Positions 1-9,211 of a DNA stretch of 64,000 bases are shown here, piece by piece. This DNA comes from an uncultured Candidatus Binatia bacterium. GTDB lineage: Bacteria > Desulfobacterota > Binatia > UBA9968 > JAJDTQ01. The notes below the pieces were generated by a model, which made no database searches, was not told where the DNA came from, and was given only the letters and a program-made list of their open reading frames with translations. Position numbers and translations under genes: made by a program. The DNA lies in NCBI GenBank assembly GCA_965242525.1, contig OZ251459.1:1696001-1760000 (forward strand), read 5' to 3'. Every line of letters starts with the position of its first letter. The stretch's first letter is position 1.

Positions 1-10
1 GAGCGCCGCG

Positions 11-484
11 GTGGAGCACTCCTGGGGCGAGTTGAGCAAGGAGTACCTGAGGAAGCTCAAACGCGAACTCTACCCCGGCGCCCAGCGCTGGCGGTGGATG
101 CGGCGCCGGTTGCGCAACGCGGTGGCGGTGCCGGAAGCGTTCCTGAAGGACCGGGTGGGGCAGCGGTTGAGCCACTTCCTGTCCGAACTGGACATCGACG
201 TGGTGCCGGTGGCGAGCGCGGCCCTCGCGCGCATCCAGGACAGGGCCGACGTGCTGGTGCTGCCCATCCTCAACAAGGTGCTGCAGGGGCGCGAAGAGCT
301 GCAACAGATGGTGGAGCGCCTGAACGAGGAGTCCCGGCGGGAGCTCAAGCGCTTCCCCAGGGTGGTCCACTTTCCCATGGACCAGGGGGACGGCGCGGCC
401 CTGGAAGCCTTCGCCCGCATCGGCCTGCTGTACACGAGCCGGGTGGAACGGTTGCAGCGGGCCTACGTCAACGCCATGCAATGA
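11..484 (+). CDS. Hypothetical protein, possibly 5'-truncated by the window edge; weak resemblance to DUF2229/acyl-CoA dehydratase activase-associated domain
   Basis: 157-aa ORF with typical high-GC codon usage; frame stays open to the window start; family call is weak. Confidence 0.55.
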   Translation: MEHSWGELSKEYLRKLKRELYPGAQRWRWMRRRLRNAVAVPEAFLKDRVGQRLSHFLSELDIDVVPVASAALARIQDRADVLVLPILNKVLQGREELQQMVERLNEESRRELKRFPRVVHFPMDQGDGAALEAFARIGLLYTSRVERLQRAYVNAMQ

Positions 485-599
485 GCGCGCGCGTCAGCGG
501 AGCGCGCGCGACCGCCTCCTGATCCGCGGGAGCCGCCCGCTTCCTTCCGTTCCCCATCTCCCTCCGGAGCGAAACCGCGGAGGCCCGCGCCGCGGCGGT

Positions 600-2372
600 T
601 CAGCGCGGGTCGGAGACCACGTCCACCAAGGCCGGCAGCCGCTGCTCCTTCACCACCTTGCAGGCCCGCTCCAGGGCCGGCCCCAGCTCCGCGGGGTTGC
701 GGATGGGCCCTTCGCCCCAGACCCCGAAGCACTCGGCCATCTTGGCGTAATCCACCAGCGGGTCGCTCACGTGGGTGCCGATGCCGGCGTTCTCCACCGG
801 CCGGCCGCGGAACTCCGCCAGCTTGATGGCGTGCTCTTCCGAGTTGTAGAAGGAGTGGTTGTTGTGGATGACGATCAGCAGCGGGATCTTGTGGTGCGCC
901 GCGGTCCACAGGGCGCTGGAGGTCATCAGCAGGTCCCCGTCCGCCTGGATATCCACGCAGAACTTGTCCGTGCCCATGTGGCCCAGGGCCACGCCGATGG
1001 CCGCGCTCATGCCGTAGCCCACGCCGGCCCCGCCGCTCCGGCCCAGGTACTGGCCCGGCTTGGTCCAGTCCCACAGCTTCCTCGCCCACCCGTTGGCGCT
1101 GCCGTTGGCCAGCACCCAGTCCTCCCGCTTGATGGCCTCGCCCAACTCGTAGGCCAGGCACGCGGTGGAGACGTCGCTCCGGGTGAGGGTCGCCCGGGCC
1201 TGTTCCAGCCACCGCGCCCGGGCCCCGTCGTGGGCCGCCCGGGCTTCCTTCCTGCGGGCCTCCACCGCGGGGCTGCCCCCGTCGCCCATGAGCTCCCGGC
1301 ACAGCCGGGTGAGCTCGGGCAGGGCGATGGCCGTATCGGCGCTGATGGGCACGTCCACCGGCTGCAGCGGCTGCACGTCCGTGGCCCAACTGTGCACCAG
1401 CATGTCGTTCAGGTGGATGTGGATGATCCGGGCGTCGGGCCGGATGACGTAGCCCATCTCCCGGGTGGTGCGGTCCACGCTGGTCAGCGAGCCGTAGAGG
1501 TCCTGCACGTCCAGGGCCAGCACCACGTCCGCCTTCTTCAGGAACTCGTCGGACACGTTGGTCACGTCCAGCGGATGGGTGTTGGCGATGTTGTGGCGGT
1601 TGCCCTTGTCGATGACCGGGATGGCCAGGGTCTCCGCCAACTCGGCCAGGGCCGCCACCGCGGCCGGCTTGCGCCCGAGGAAGTCCGCGATGACCAGGGG
1701 GGACCGGGCTTCCACCAGGAGCTTCGCCGCCCGGCGCATGGCTTCCGGGTCCCCCTGCACCGGCGCCTGGGGAGCGAACCGGCCCACGTCCGGGATCTCC
1801 ACCTGCCGGGTCATGGCCATCTCCTGGAGGCCGGCGTCGTAGTTGATATAGACCGGCGCCGTGGGCTCGGTGACGGCCAACCGGTACCCGCGGATGAACG
1901 ACTCCGGGATGCTCTCCACCGCGGCCGGCTGGTCGTCCCACTTGACGTAGTCCCGCACCTGGTTCCCCTGCACCAGCGCGGTATGGATCCAGTCGATCCA
2001 GGGGCGGCGGATGGTGGTGTCCACCGGGCCGGTGCCGCCCAGGCAGATGACCGGGACCCGGTCGCACCACGCGTTGAAGATGCCCATGCTGCCGTGCTGG
2101 AGGCCCACCACGTCGTGCAGGATCGCCACCATGGGCTTGCCCGTGGCCTTGGCGTAGCCGTGGGATATGGCCACCGAGATCTCCTCGTGGCAGCAGAAGA
2201 TCACCTCCGGGTGGTGGTTGCCGCCGTAGTTCACGATGGAGTCGTGGATGCCGCGGAAGCTCGCCCCCGGGTTGAAGGCCGTGTATTCGATGTCGAACGC
2301 CTTGAGCATGTCCACCACCACGTCCGAGCCGTACTCCGCCTGCTTCCTCTCCGTTCTGCCTGCCTGTGCCAT
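600..2372 (-). CDS. Thiamine pyrophosphate-binding enzyme (acetolactate synthase/benzoylformate decarboxylase-like)
   Basis: Starts MAQAGRTERK after GAGGA RBS; NPGASFRG, catalytic HEE, ThDP motif ADGDLLM...HNN. Confidence 0.9.
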   Translation of the reverse strand: MAQAGRTERKQAEYGSDVVVDMLKAFDIEYTAFNPGASFRGIHDSIVNYGGNHHPEVIFCCHEEISVAISHGYAKATGKPMVAILHDVVGLQHGSMGIFNAWCDRVPVICLGGTGPVDTTIRRPWIDWIHTALVQGNQVRDYVKWDDQPAAVESIPESFIRGYRLAVTEPTAPVYINYDAGLQEMAMTRQVEIPDVGRFAPQAPVQGDPEAMRRAAKLLVEARSPLVIADFLGRKPAAVAALAELAETLAIPVIDKGNRHNIANTHPLDVTNVSDEFLKKADVVLALDVQDLYGSLTSVDRTTREMGYVIRPDARIIHIHLNDMLVHSWATDVQPLQPVDVPISADTAIALPELTRLCRELMGDGGSPAVEARRKEARAAHDGARARWLEQARATLTRSDVSTACLAYELGEAIKREDWVLANGSANGWARKLWDWTKPGQYLGRSGGAGVGYGMSAAIGVALGHMGTDKFCVDIQADGDLLMTSSALWTAAHHKIPLLIVIHNNHSFYNSEEHAIKLAEFRGRPVENAGIGTHVSDPLVDYAKMAECFGVWGEGPIRNPAELGPALERACKVVKEQRLPALVDVVSDPR

Positions 2373-2566
2373 GTGTCCTCCCCTCGTTGCGTGTTCGCCG
2401 CCTTGCGGCGCGTTTCCCGCGGCACGATCTCCCTCTCCGGCTCCCCTTACTTGGCCCCTCGGGAGGCCGCGCCCGACGCAGCAAAGCCATAGCCCCTTTG
2501 CCGCGCCTGCGTCAACCCGGCCATCTCCTCCGGGCCGCGGCGCGGCCGACCCGTTCCCGGCCCGGT

Positions 2567-2596
2567 TTGACACCCCGGCCCGCGTTCGGCTACTAG
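2567..2596 (+). promoter_or_regulatory. Putative sigma70 promoter for the LLM-MFS pair
   Basis: TTGACA-18 nt-TACTAG; a divergent TTGACG-18 nt-TATGGC on the minus strand (2515-2486) would serve the ThDP gene. Confidence 0.45.
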
Positions 2597-2636
2597 TGGC
2601 GGACACGAACCGCATCCCCTCGAACGGAGCCACACC

Positions 2637-3563
2637 ACGAAGATCGGCGTTTTCCTGCCCATCTCGGGACGCGCCGCCGGTCCCGATACCCTGCGCCAGG
2701 CGGCCCGGAGCGCGGAAGCCTGGGGCTTCGACTCCGTGTGGGCCGCGGACCGCGTGGTCATCCCCTGGCGCATCGACACCCCGTACCCTTACGGCCCGGA
2801 CGAGTCGTTCATCGTGCCCCCGGACCGCCCCTTCCTGGATTCCCTGAGCTGTCTCACGTTCCTCGCCGCGTGCACCGAGCGCGTGGAGCTGGGCATCAGC
2901 GTCCTGGTGCTGCCCTACCGCCAACCGCTGGTGTGGGCCAAGGCCGCGGCCACCCTCGACTGCCTCTCCCGGGGCCGGTTCGTCCTGGGCGTGGGCGTGG
3001 GATGGATGGAGGAGGAGTTCCGCGCCCTCGGGGCGCCGTTCCGGGACCGGGGCCGCATGACCGACGAGCAGCTCCGGGTGCTGAAGGAGCTCTGGAGCGC
3101 CGAGCGCGCGAGCTTCTCGGGAGAGTTCTACGAGTTCGAGGACGTGGCCTTCCTGCCCAAGCCGTACCGGGCCGGCGGCATCCCCGTCTGGGTGGGCGGC
3201 GAGGGCGCACGCGCCCAGAGGCGCGCCGGGCGCTACGGGGACGCGTGGTTCCCCTACTTCGTGCGCATCGAGCCGGACGAGCTCGCCGCACGGTTCGACA
3301 ACGTGCGGCGCTGCGCCGCGGCCGCGGGAAGGTCCCCGGACGGCGTGCGCTTGCACTGCTGCCTCCCCGTCCACGTCACCGAAGGTCCCGCGCCCCAGGA
3401 GCCGGACCGTCTGGCCGGGACCCCCGCCCAGCTCGTGGAAGCGGTCGGGCGCTACCGGGACGCGGGAGTGGAGCACCTCGCGCTCCAGTTCATGGTCCCG
3501 CGCTGGCCCGACCGGCTCGCGCAGATGCAGCGGTTCGCCGAAGAGACCCTGCCGCACCTCTGA
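2637..3563 (+). CDS. LLM class (putatively F420-dependent) oxidoreductase
   Basis: In-frame N-terminus (ACG)KIGVFLP...GFDSVWAADRV, LGVGVGWMEEEF, IPVWVGG; GGAG RBS 7 nt before ACG at 2637 (the ORF track starts internally at 2736). Confidence 0.85.
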   Translation, partial: TKIGVFLPISGRAAGPDTLRQAARSAEAWGFDSVWAADRVVIPWRIDTPYPYGPDESFIVPPDRPFLDSLSCLTFLAACTERVELGISVLVLPYRQPLVWAKAAATLDCLSRGRFVLGVGVGWMEEEFRALGAPFRDRGRMTDEQLRVLKELWSAERASFSGEFYEFEDVAFLPKPYRAGGIPVWVGGEGARAQRRAGRYGDAWFPYFVRIEPDELAARFDNVRRCAAAAGRSPDGVRLHCCLPVHVTEGPAPQEPDRLAGTPAQLVEAVGRYRDAGVEHLALQFMVPRWPDRLAQMQRFAEETLPHL

Positions 3564-3574
3564 ACCCCGGTCCC

Positions 3575-4846
3575 ATGCCTCGCCGCCCTTTCTTCTACGG
3601 CTACGTCATCGTCGCCATCTGCTTCTTCAACATGGTGCTGATGCGGGGGATCCTGGCCTCGTTCAGCGTCTTCTACATCGCGCTGCTGGAGACCTTCGGG
3701 TGGTCCCGCGCCGCCACCGGGAGCATCGCTTCGGTGAACGGCTTCTTCTACAGCGCCTCCGCGCCGCTGGTGGGCTGGGCGTTCGACCGTCTCGGACCGC
3801 GCATCCTCATGCCCTTCGGAGCCCTCCTCATCGGCTGCGGCCTGCTGCTCTTGGGGGTGAGCACGTCCCTTTGGCAGTTCTACCTCTTCTACGGCCTGCT
3901 GGTGGGGTTCGGCATCGGCTGCATCGGCTTCGTCAGCAACACCGCCCTGCTCTCCCAATGGTTCCGGCGCGGGCGGGGAAGGGCCATGGGCTTCGCCACC
4001 ATGGGACTGGGCTTCGGCATCCTGGTGGTGCCCGTGGTCCAGGCCCTCATCACCCGCTACGGCTGGCGCGCCGCGGTCATGCTGCTGGGGGCGGTGGTGC
4101 TGGCGACGCTGGCGCCCCTGAACGCAGTGTTCCAGAGGCGCCGGCCCGAAGACGTGGGACAGCTTCCGGACGGCGACTCCATGGACGCCGCGCCGGCCGC
4201 AGCCGACGCCGGCCCGGAAAGACCCCCCGCCCCCCGCCATGACTGGACCCTCCGGGAGGCGTTCCGGTCGTTCCCGTTCTGGGCCATCGCCCTGGGCCAT
4301 CTGGTCCTGGGCACCGGCCTGTCGCTGATGTACACCTACGCGGTGGCGCACCTGGTCCACGCCGGGTTGACGAAACAGGCGGCCGCCAACGCCTTCAGCC
4401 TCGTGGGGGTGGCGCGGATTCCGGGCACCGCGGTCTCGGGAGTCGCCTCGGACCGCCTGGGGCGCGACCACGCCTACCTCCTCGGCACGCTGTTGACCCT
4501 GGCCGGCATCGGGGTGCTCATGGTCCTGGGCCCGGACTCTCCCGGCTGGTGGTTCGCCGCCTTCGCCCTGCTCTACGGCGTGGGGCACAGCGCCGGCAAC
4601 CCGACCTTCGGCGCCACCATCACCGACATCTTCGGCGGCAGGAACGTGGGAAAGATCATCGGGTTCCTGGAGGTCACCTTCGGCCTCGGAGTGGCGGCAG
4701 GATCCGCCTTCGGCGGCTTGTCCTTCGACATCACCGGGTCCTACCGGCACGCCTGGGTGGTGGGACTGGCGGCCTTCACCCTCGCCTACCTGAGCATCCG
4801 GGCCAGCATGATATGGAAACGGCGCGTCGGCGCCGAGACCCGCTGA
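3575..4846 (+). CDS. MFS transporter (OFA/MCT-like)
   Basis: About 12 hydrophobic segments; MFS motif A variants GWAFDRLGPR and ASDRLGR; WFRRGRGRAMG. Confidence 0.9.
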   Translation: MPRRPFFYGYVIVAICFFNMVLMRGILASFSVFYIALLETFGWSRAATGSIASVNGFFYSASAPLVGWAFDRLGPRILMPFGALLIGCGLLLLGVSTSLWQFYLFYGLLVGFGIGCIGFVSNTALLSQWFRRGRGRAMGFATMGLGFGILVVPVVQALITRYGWRAAVMLLGAVVLATLAPLNAVFQRRRPEDVGQLPDGDSMDAAPAAADAGPERPPAPRHDWTLREAFRSFPFWAIALGHLVLGTGLSLMYTYAVAHLVHAGLTKQAAANAFSLVGVARIPGTAVSGVASDRLGRDHAYLLGTLLTLAGIGVLMVLGPDSPGWWFAAFALLYGVGHSAGNPTFGATITDIFGGRNVGKIIGFLEVTFGLGVAAGSAFGGLSFDITGSYRHAWVVGLAAFTLAYLSIRASMIWKRRVGAETR

Positions 4847-4888
4847 AGGACGGAAGGGAGGATGGCCTCGAGTCCTGGGAGCGGCTGG

Positions 4889-4917
4889 TTGACACCCCAT
4901 CCCTCATTCGCTAACCT
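4889..4917 (+). promoter_or_regulatory. Putative sigma70 promoter upstream of UbiD leader
   Basis: TTGACA (4889-4894), 17-nt spacer, TAACCT (4912-4917). Confidence 0.6.
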
Positions 4918-4925
4918 TGCCCGGG

Positions 4926-5075
4926 TCCGTTCGCTGAGAGAGTGTCCTGTCCGACGAATCCCGGTGCAGAGTTGCGCGAGAGTTCCCCGTGGTCGGTGTT
5001 TTACGACGACGTGCTCTCGACGCGCGCAGCCCGGATCGGCGTTCAGGGCGCGCACACGGGTCGTCAGCGGACGGA
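4926..5075 (+). ncRNA. Candidate structured RNA or long rod-like 5' leader
   Basis: Nested pairings 4926-4937/5064-5075, 4942-4949/5044-5051, 4951-4954/5036-5039, 4977-4983/5013-5019, 4988-4995/5004-5011, with G-U pairs favouring the + strand. Confidence 0.45.
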
Positions 5076-5108
5076 AACCAACCGCAAATCCAACGAGAGA
5101 GGTAGAAA

Positions 5109-6677
5109 ATGGCCAAAGCAGCAAAGAAGGCTCCGGCTGAGCAGATCCACGACCTGCGGAACGCATTGGAGTGGCTCAAAGCCGAAGGGGACCTGATCGA
5201 GACCGACAAGGAAGTGGATCCCGACCTGGAGATCACCGCGATCCAGAAGAACCTGGACGGCGGTTGCCCGATCCTGTTCCACAACGTCAAGGGCAAGCCG
5301 CATCACCGGGCGGTGACCAACCTGTTCGGGGACATGGGCGTGATCAACAAGATGTTCGGCTGGGCGGACCACACGGACCGCACGCGCAAGCTGGCCGACG
5401 CCATCGTCCACCAGATCCCGCCGATGGAGGTGGGCTCCGATGAGGCGCCGGTCCACGAGGAGGTCATCACGGACCCCAAGGACGTGAACGAGTTCATGCT
5501 CCCCATCCGGCATACGGAGTACGAGCCGGAGTTGACGGTGGGCTCGGGCAACCGGCTGATCTCCGGCGAGTATTTCGACGGCGGCACCGACCTGGGCTAC
5601 AACCGCATGAACTTCCGCTGGGGCAACGTGGGCACGTTCCAGATCTCGCCCGGGTCGCACATGTGGCAGGTGGTGTCCAAATACTACAAGGCCGACAAGC
5701 CCGTTCCCATCACCATGTGCTTCGGGGTGCCGCCGTCCTGCACGCTGCTGGCCGGGGCCGGCTTCGACTACGTGGTGCTGCCCCAGGGCTGCGACGAGCT
5801 GGGGGTGGCCGGCGCGGTGCAGGGCGCGCCGGTGCGCGTGGTCAAGGCCAAGACCGTGGACGCCCTGGCCCTGGCGGACTGCGAGGTGGTGCTGGAGGGT
5901 TACGTGAACCCCCGGGACCGGCGTTACGAGACCGAGGAATCCGAGAAGGCCGACATCCAGGGGCGTTTCCACTTCCACCCGGAGTGGGCCGGCTACATGG
6001 GCAAGGCCTACAAGGCGCCTACCTTCCACGTCACCGCGGTGACCACGAGAAGGCGCGAGGGCAAGCCCATCATCTTCCCCCTGGGGGTCCACACCCTGGA
6101 CGACCACAACATCGACACCACCGTGCGCGAGGCCTGCATGTACCTGCTGTGCGAACGCATGCAGCCCGGCATCATCCAGGACGTGAACATCCCCTACTGC
6201 ATGACCGACTGGGGCGGCGCCATCATCCAGGTGAAGAAGCGCAACCGCATCGAGGAAGGCTGGCAGCGGAACTTCATGTCCGCCATCCTCTCCACCTCCC
6301 AGGGCTCCCGTCTGGTGGTGGCCGCCAGCGAGGACACCGACATCTACGACATGGACGACATCATGTGGTGCCTGACCACACGGGTGAACCCCAAGACGGA
6401 CATCCTCAACCCCATCCCCGGAGGGCGCGGACAGACCTTCATGCCGGCCGAGCGCATGACCGCGGGCGACCGCCAGTGGACCGCCTCCAACACCGTGTTC
6501 GAGGGCGGCATGGGCATCGACGCCACCGTGCCGTTCGGTTACGAGAGCGACTTCCTCCGTCCGGTCTATGCGGTGGAGAAGGTGGACCTCAAGAACTTCT
6601 TCACCGACAAGGACATCGCCAACGCCAAGTCCCGCATGCACGGCTGGGTCCACTCCCTGGCCCGCACCGGTCGATGA
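5109..6677 (+). CDS. UbiD-family prFMN-dependent decarboxylase, phthaloyl-CoA decarboxylase (Pcd/PhtDa)-like
   Basis: UbiD architecture (EVDPDLEI, VVLEGY, GIDATVP); motifs YNRMNFRWGNVGTFQISPGSHMW, FHPEWAGYMG and C-terminal SLARTGR recalled from phthaloyl-CoA decarboxylases. Confidence 0.9.
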   Translation: MAKAAKKAPAEQIHDLRNALEWLKAEGDLIETDKEVDPDLEITAIQKNLDGGCPILFHNVKGKPHHRAVTNLFGDMGVINKMFGWADHTDRTRKLADAIVHQIPPMEVGSDEAPVHEEVITDPKDVNEFMLPIRHTEYEPELTVGSGNRLISGEYFDGGTDLGYNRMNFRWGNVGTFQISPGSHMWQVVSKYYKADKPVPITMCFGVPPSCTLLAGAGFDYVVLPQGCDELGVAGAVQGAPVRVVKAKTVDALALADCEVVLEGYVNPRDRRYETEESEKADIQGRFHFHPEWAGYMGKAYKAPTFHVTAVTTRRREGKPIIFPLGVHTLDDHNIDTTVREACMYLLCERMQPGIIQDVNIPYCMTDWGGAIIQVKKRNRIEEGWQRNFMSAILSTSQGSRLVVAASEDTDIYDMDDIMWCLTTRVNPKTDILNPIPGGRGQTFMPAERMTAGDRQWTASNTVFEGGMGIDATVPFGYESDFLRPVYAVEKVDLKNFFTDKDIANAKSRMHGWVHSLARTGR

Positions 6678-6692
6678 CCCGCACCGGCTATG

Positions 6693-6725
6693 AAGAGGCG
6701 GCCTTTTCCGAGGCCGCCTCTTTTT
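6693..6725 (+). terminator. Rho-independent terminator
   Basis: GAGGCGGCCT-TTTCCG-AGGCCGCCTC followed by TTTTT just after the UbiD stop. Confidence 0.85.
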
Positions 6726-6753
6726 GCGCCCACCGCTGCGCCGGCTCCGCCGC

Positions 6754-8940
6754 ATGACCGACCCCGCGCGACTCGAGCGGATGGCCGCCCTGCTGGAGCG
6801 GCGTTACGGCGGCCCGGGACGAGCCGCGGCCGGGCGCCTGCGCCGCTGGGTCCGGGGCGAGATCCCCTACGCCGAGCCGGAGATCCTCCAGCGGCATCTG
6901 GAAGACGCGCACCACGCCCTGGTGTTCGACGCCTTCCGGCAGGCGCTTCCCTTCGGCACCGGCGGGCGGCGCGGTCCGGTGGGCTACGGCGCCAACCGCA
7001 TGAACCCTTCCACCGTGGCCATGACCGTCCAGGGCCACTCCGACTACCTCCGCAAGCGCTTCCCCGACGAGACGCCCGCGGTGGTGGTGGCCAACGACGT
7101 GCGGGTCTTCATGGACCACGCCGGGGCGTACTCGTTCCTGGGCCCGCGGCATCCCCTGCTGGGCCTGTCCTCGCGCTCCCTGGCCCGGCTGGCGTGCGAG
7201 ATCTACGCCGCCAACGGCATCGTCTCCTACCTGGCGGAGCCCGAGGACGACCATGCGGTCACCAGCACGCCCGAACTGTCGTTCCTCATCGTCCGGTTGG
7301 GGGCCGCGGGCGGCGTCAACGTGTCCGCGTCCCACAACCCCCCGGACGACAACGGCGTCAAGGTCTATGACGACTACGGCAGCCAGCCCATCGCGCCCGA
7401 GGACCGGCGCCTGGCGGAGGCCATGGAAGACGCCGCCTCTGTGCGCACCCTTCCCTTCGGCGAGGCTCTGGCGGCGGGATGGATCCGTCCGGCGCCCGCG
7501 GCGCTCCACGAGGCCTACGTGGACACCTACGTGGAGATGTACGGGAAGCTCTACCCCGACCAGGCCCGGGCGCCGGTGGTCTATACCCCCCTGTGCGGCT
7601 GCGGCGTCACCACCGTGAAGGAGGTGCTGGAACGGCTGGGCTTCCGCACCCTCGTCCCTCCCGGCCAGGGGCCGGACGGCGGCTTCCGGGCCATCCCCTT
7701 CAAGGCCCCCAACCCCGAAGTGCCGTACGCCACCGCTCCGGCCCGGGAGTTCGCCGACCGCCGCGGCGTCGGCATCGTCCTGTCCAGCGACCCCGACGCC
7801 GACCGCTTCGGCATGGACGCCCGCCTGGCCGACGGCTCCTGGCGCCACTTCGACGGCAACCAGATGGCCGCCATCCTCTGCCACCACCTCATGCTCGACC
7901 CCGAGGGGCCCCGGCGCCGGGGCCTGGTGATGGAGACCCTGGTCACCACCCGGCTGCTCGGCCGGATCGTCGCCGAGGCGGGAGACTCCTGGCTCATCGA
8001 CGACCTGCCGGTGGGGTTCAAGTACGTGGCCCACGTGCTCAAGACCCTGGAACGCTGCGGCCGGTACCGGCACGTGGCCTGCGCGCCCGAGGACCTGGTG
8101 ATCGCCGCGGAGGAGAGCCACGGGGTGGTCATGGCGCCCGGCATCCGGGACAAGGACGCCACGCCCGCGTGCATGGTGCTGGCGGCCCTGTACCAGAGGC
8201 TGGCGGACCAGGGCCGCACCATGCTGGACTACTACGCCGAGGTCATCCGGGAATTGGGGAGCTACGACAACGTCAACCGCAGCATCGTGCTGGCGGGCCC
8301 GGAGGGGAGCCGGAAGAAGGAGCGGATCATGGCCGCGCTGCGGGAAGCGCCGCCCCGGGAGCTGTGCGGACACCCGGTGCGTCGCTTCGTGGACTACCGG
8401 GACCCCGAGGGCTTCGGTTCCATGGCCGGCGAGGCCGACGGGTTGGCGCGCAACGTGCTCCAGGCCTGCACCGACCGCTTCATCGTCACCGTCCGGCCCT
8501 CGGGCACCGAGCCCAAGCTGAAACTCTACTGCCAACTGCTGCCGGACGGGGAAGCCCCGGACGCCGCGGGCACGGAACTGCTGCAACGGGCAAGGGCCGC
8601 GGCGGAAGGCCTGGCGCGTTCCCTCTACAACGAACTGCTGGCGCGCATCCACGTGTCGCTGGACGACGCCGCGCTGCTCCTGCCGGACTTGATCGACCTG
8701 GAAGGCAAGCAGCGCTTCGGCCGGGAGACCGTGCCGCGGCTGCATGACGCCATGGCCCGGGGGCGGTTCGCCGCCCTTGAAGATTTGCTCGCCTGGCTCG
8801 CCGAGGAGACCCGGTCCCTGACGCCCGCGGCGGACCCCCTTCCCGCGCTCAAGCCCTCGCTGGCCCACCTCTGCGACGGCTGGCGCAACGAGCCCGGCAT
8901 GACCCTGGCGGAAGAACTCGCCCGTTGGGCGGCCCGGTAA
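6754..8940 (+). CDS. Phosphoglucomutase/phosphomannomutase family protein with C-terminal extension
   Basis: FGTGGRRG, SASHNPPDDNGVK (phospho-Ser), DPDADR (metal site), EESHG, RPSGTEPKLKLY. Confidence 0.92.
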   Translation: MTDPARLERMAALLERRYGGPGRAAAGRLRRWVRGEIPYAEPEILQRHLEDAHHALVFDAFRQALPFGTGGRRGPVGYGANRMNPSTVAMTVQGHSDYLRKRFPDETPAVVVANDVRVFMDHAGAYSFLGPRHPLLGLSSRSLARLACEIYAANGIVSYLAEPEDDHAVTSTPELSFLIVRLGAAGGVNVSASHNPPDDNGVKVYDDYGSQPIAPEDRRLAEAMEDAASVRTLPFGEALAAGWIRPAPAALHEAYVDTYVEMYGKLYPDQARAPVVYTPLCGCGVTTVKEVLERLGFRTLVPPGQGPDGGFRAIPFKAPNPEVPYATAPAREFADRRGVGIVLSSDPDADRFGMDARLADGSWRHFDGNQMAAILCHHLMLDPEGPRRRGLVMETLVTTRLLGRIVAEAGDSWLIDDLPVGFKYVAHVLKTLERCGRYRHVACAPEDLVIAAEESHGVVMAPGIRDKDATPACMVLAALYQRLADQGRTMLDYYAEVIRELGSYDNVNRSIVLAGPEGSRKKERIMAALREAPPRELCGHPVRRFVDYRDPEGFGSMAGEADGLARNVLQACTDRFIVTVRPSGTEPKLKLYCQLLPDGEAPDAAGTELLQRARAAAEGLARSLYNELLARIHVSLDDAALLLPDLIDLEGKQRFGRETVPRLHDAMARGRFAALEDLLAWLAEETRSLTPAADPLPALKPSLAHLCDGWRNEPGMTLAEELARWAAR

Positions 8941-9006
8941 GGCCGGGGCCGCAAAGCCGGGCGCCGGCCCTCCCCGGGGCGCGCCCGGCCCGGAAAGGAG
9001 CATCCC

Positions 9007-9192
9007 ATGAAGGACAAGGTCAACGTGAGCCTGGAGATCGAGCGGGAGCAGCGCGAGTGGCTGGAGGCCATGGCCCGGAAGCATGGACTTCCCGACGAGT
9101 CCAAGGCCCTCCGGGTGGTGCTGGACCACGCCCGGACCGCGGGGGACGAAAAAGTCCTGTTCGAGACCGTCCGCTGCCTCGGCTGCGGTTGA
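9007..9192 (+). CDS. Small protein, ribbon-helix-helix-like, with terminal CxxC
   Basis: AAGGAG RBS; beta-helix-helix pattern (VNVSLEI-EREQREWLEAMARKHG-DESKALRVVLD); ends RCLGCG. Confidence 0.7.
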   Translation: MKDKVNVSLEIEREQREWLEAMARKHGLPDESKALRVVLDHARTAGDEKVLFETVRCLGCG

Positions 9193-9211
9193 GCCGGCCG
9201 CGCCCTCCGGC

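Noticed and set aside
6661-6688. CCCGCACCGG direct repeat across the UbiD stop codon
   Set aside because: Only 10 bp in GC-rich DNA; no sign of an insertion.
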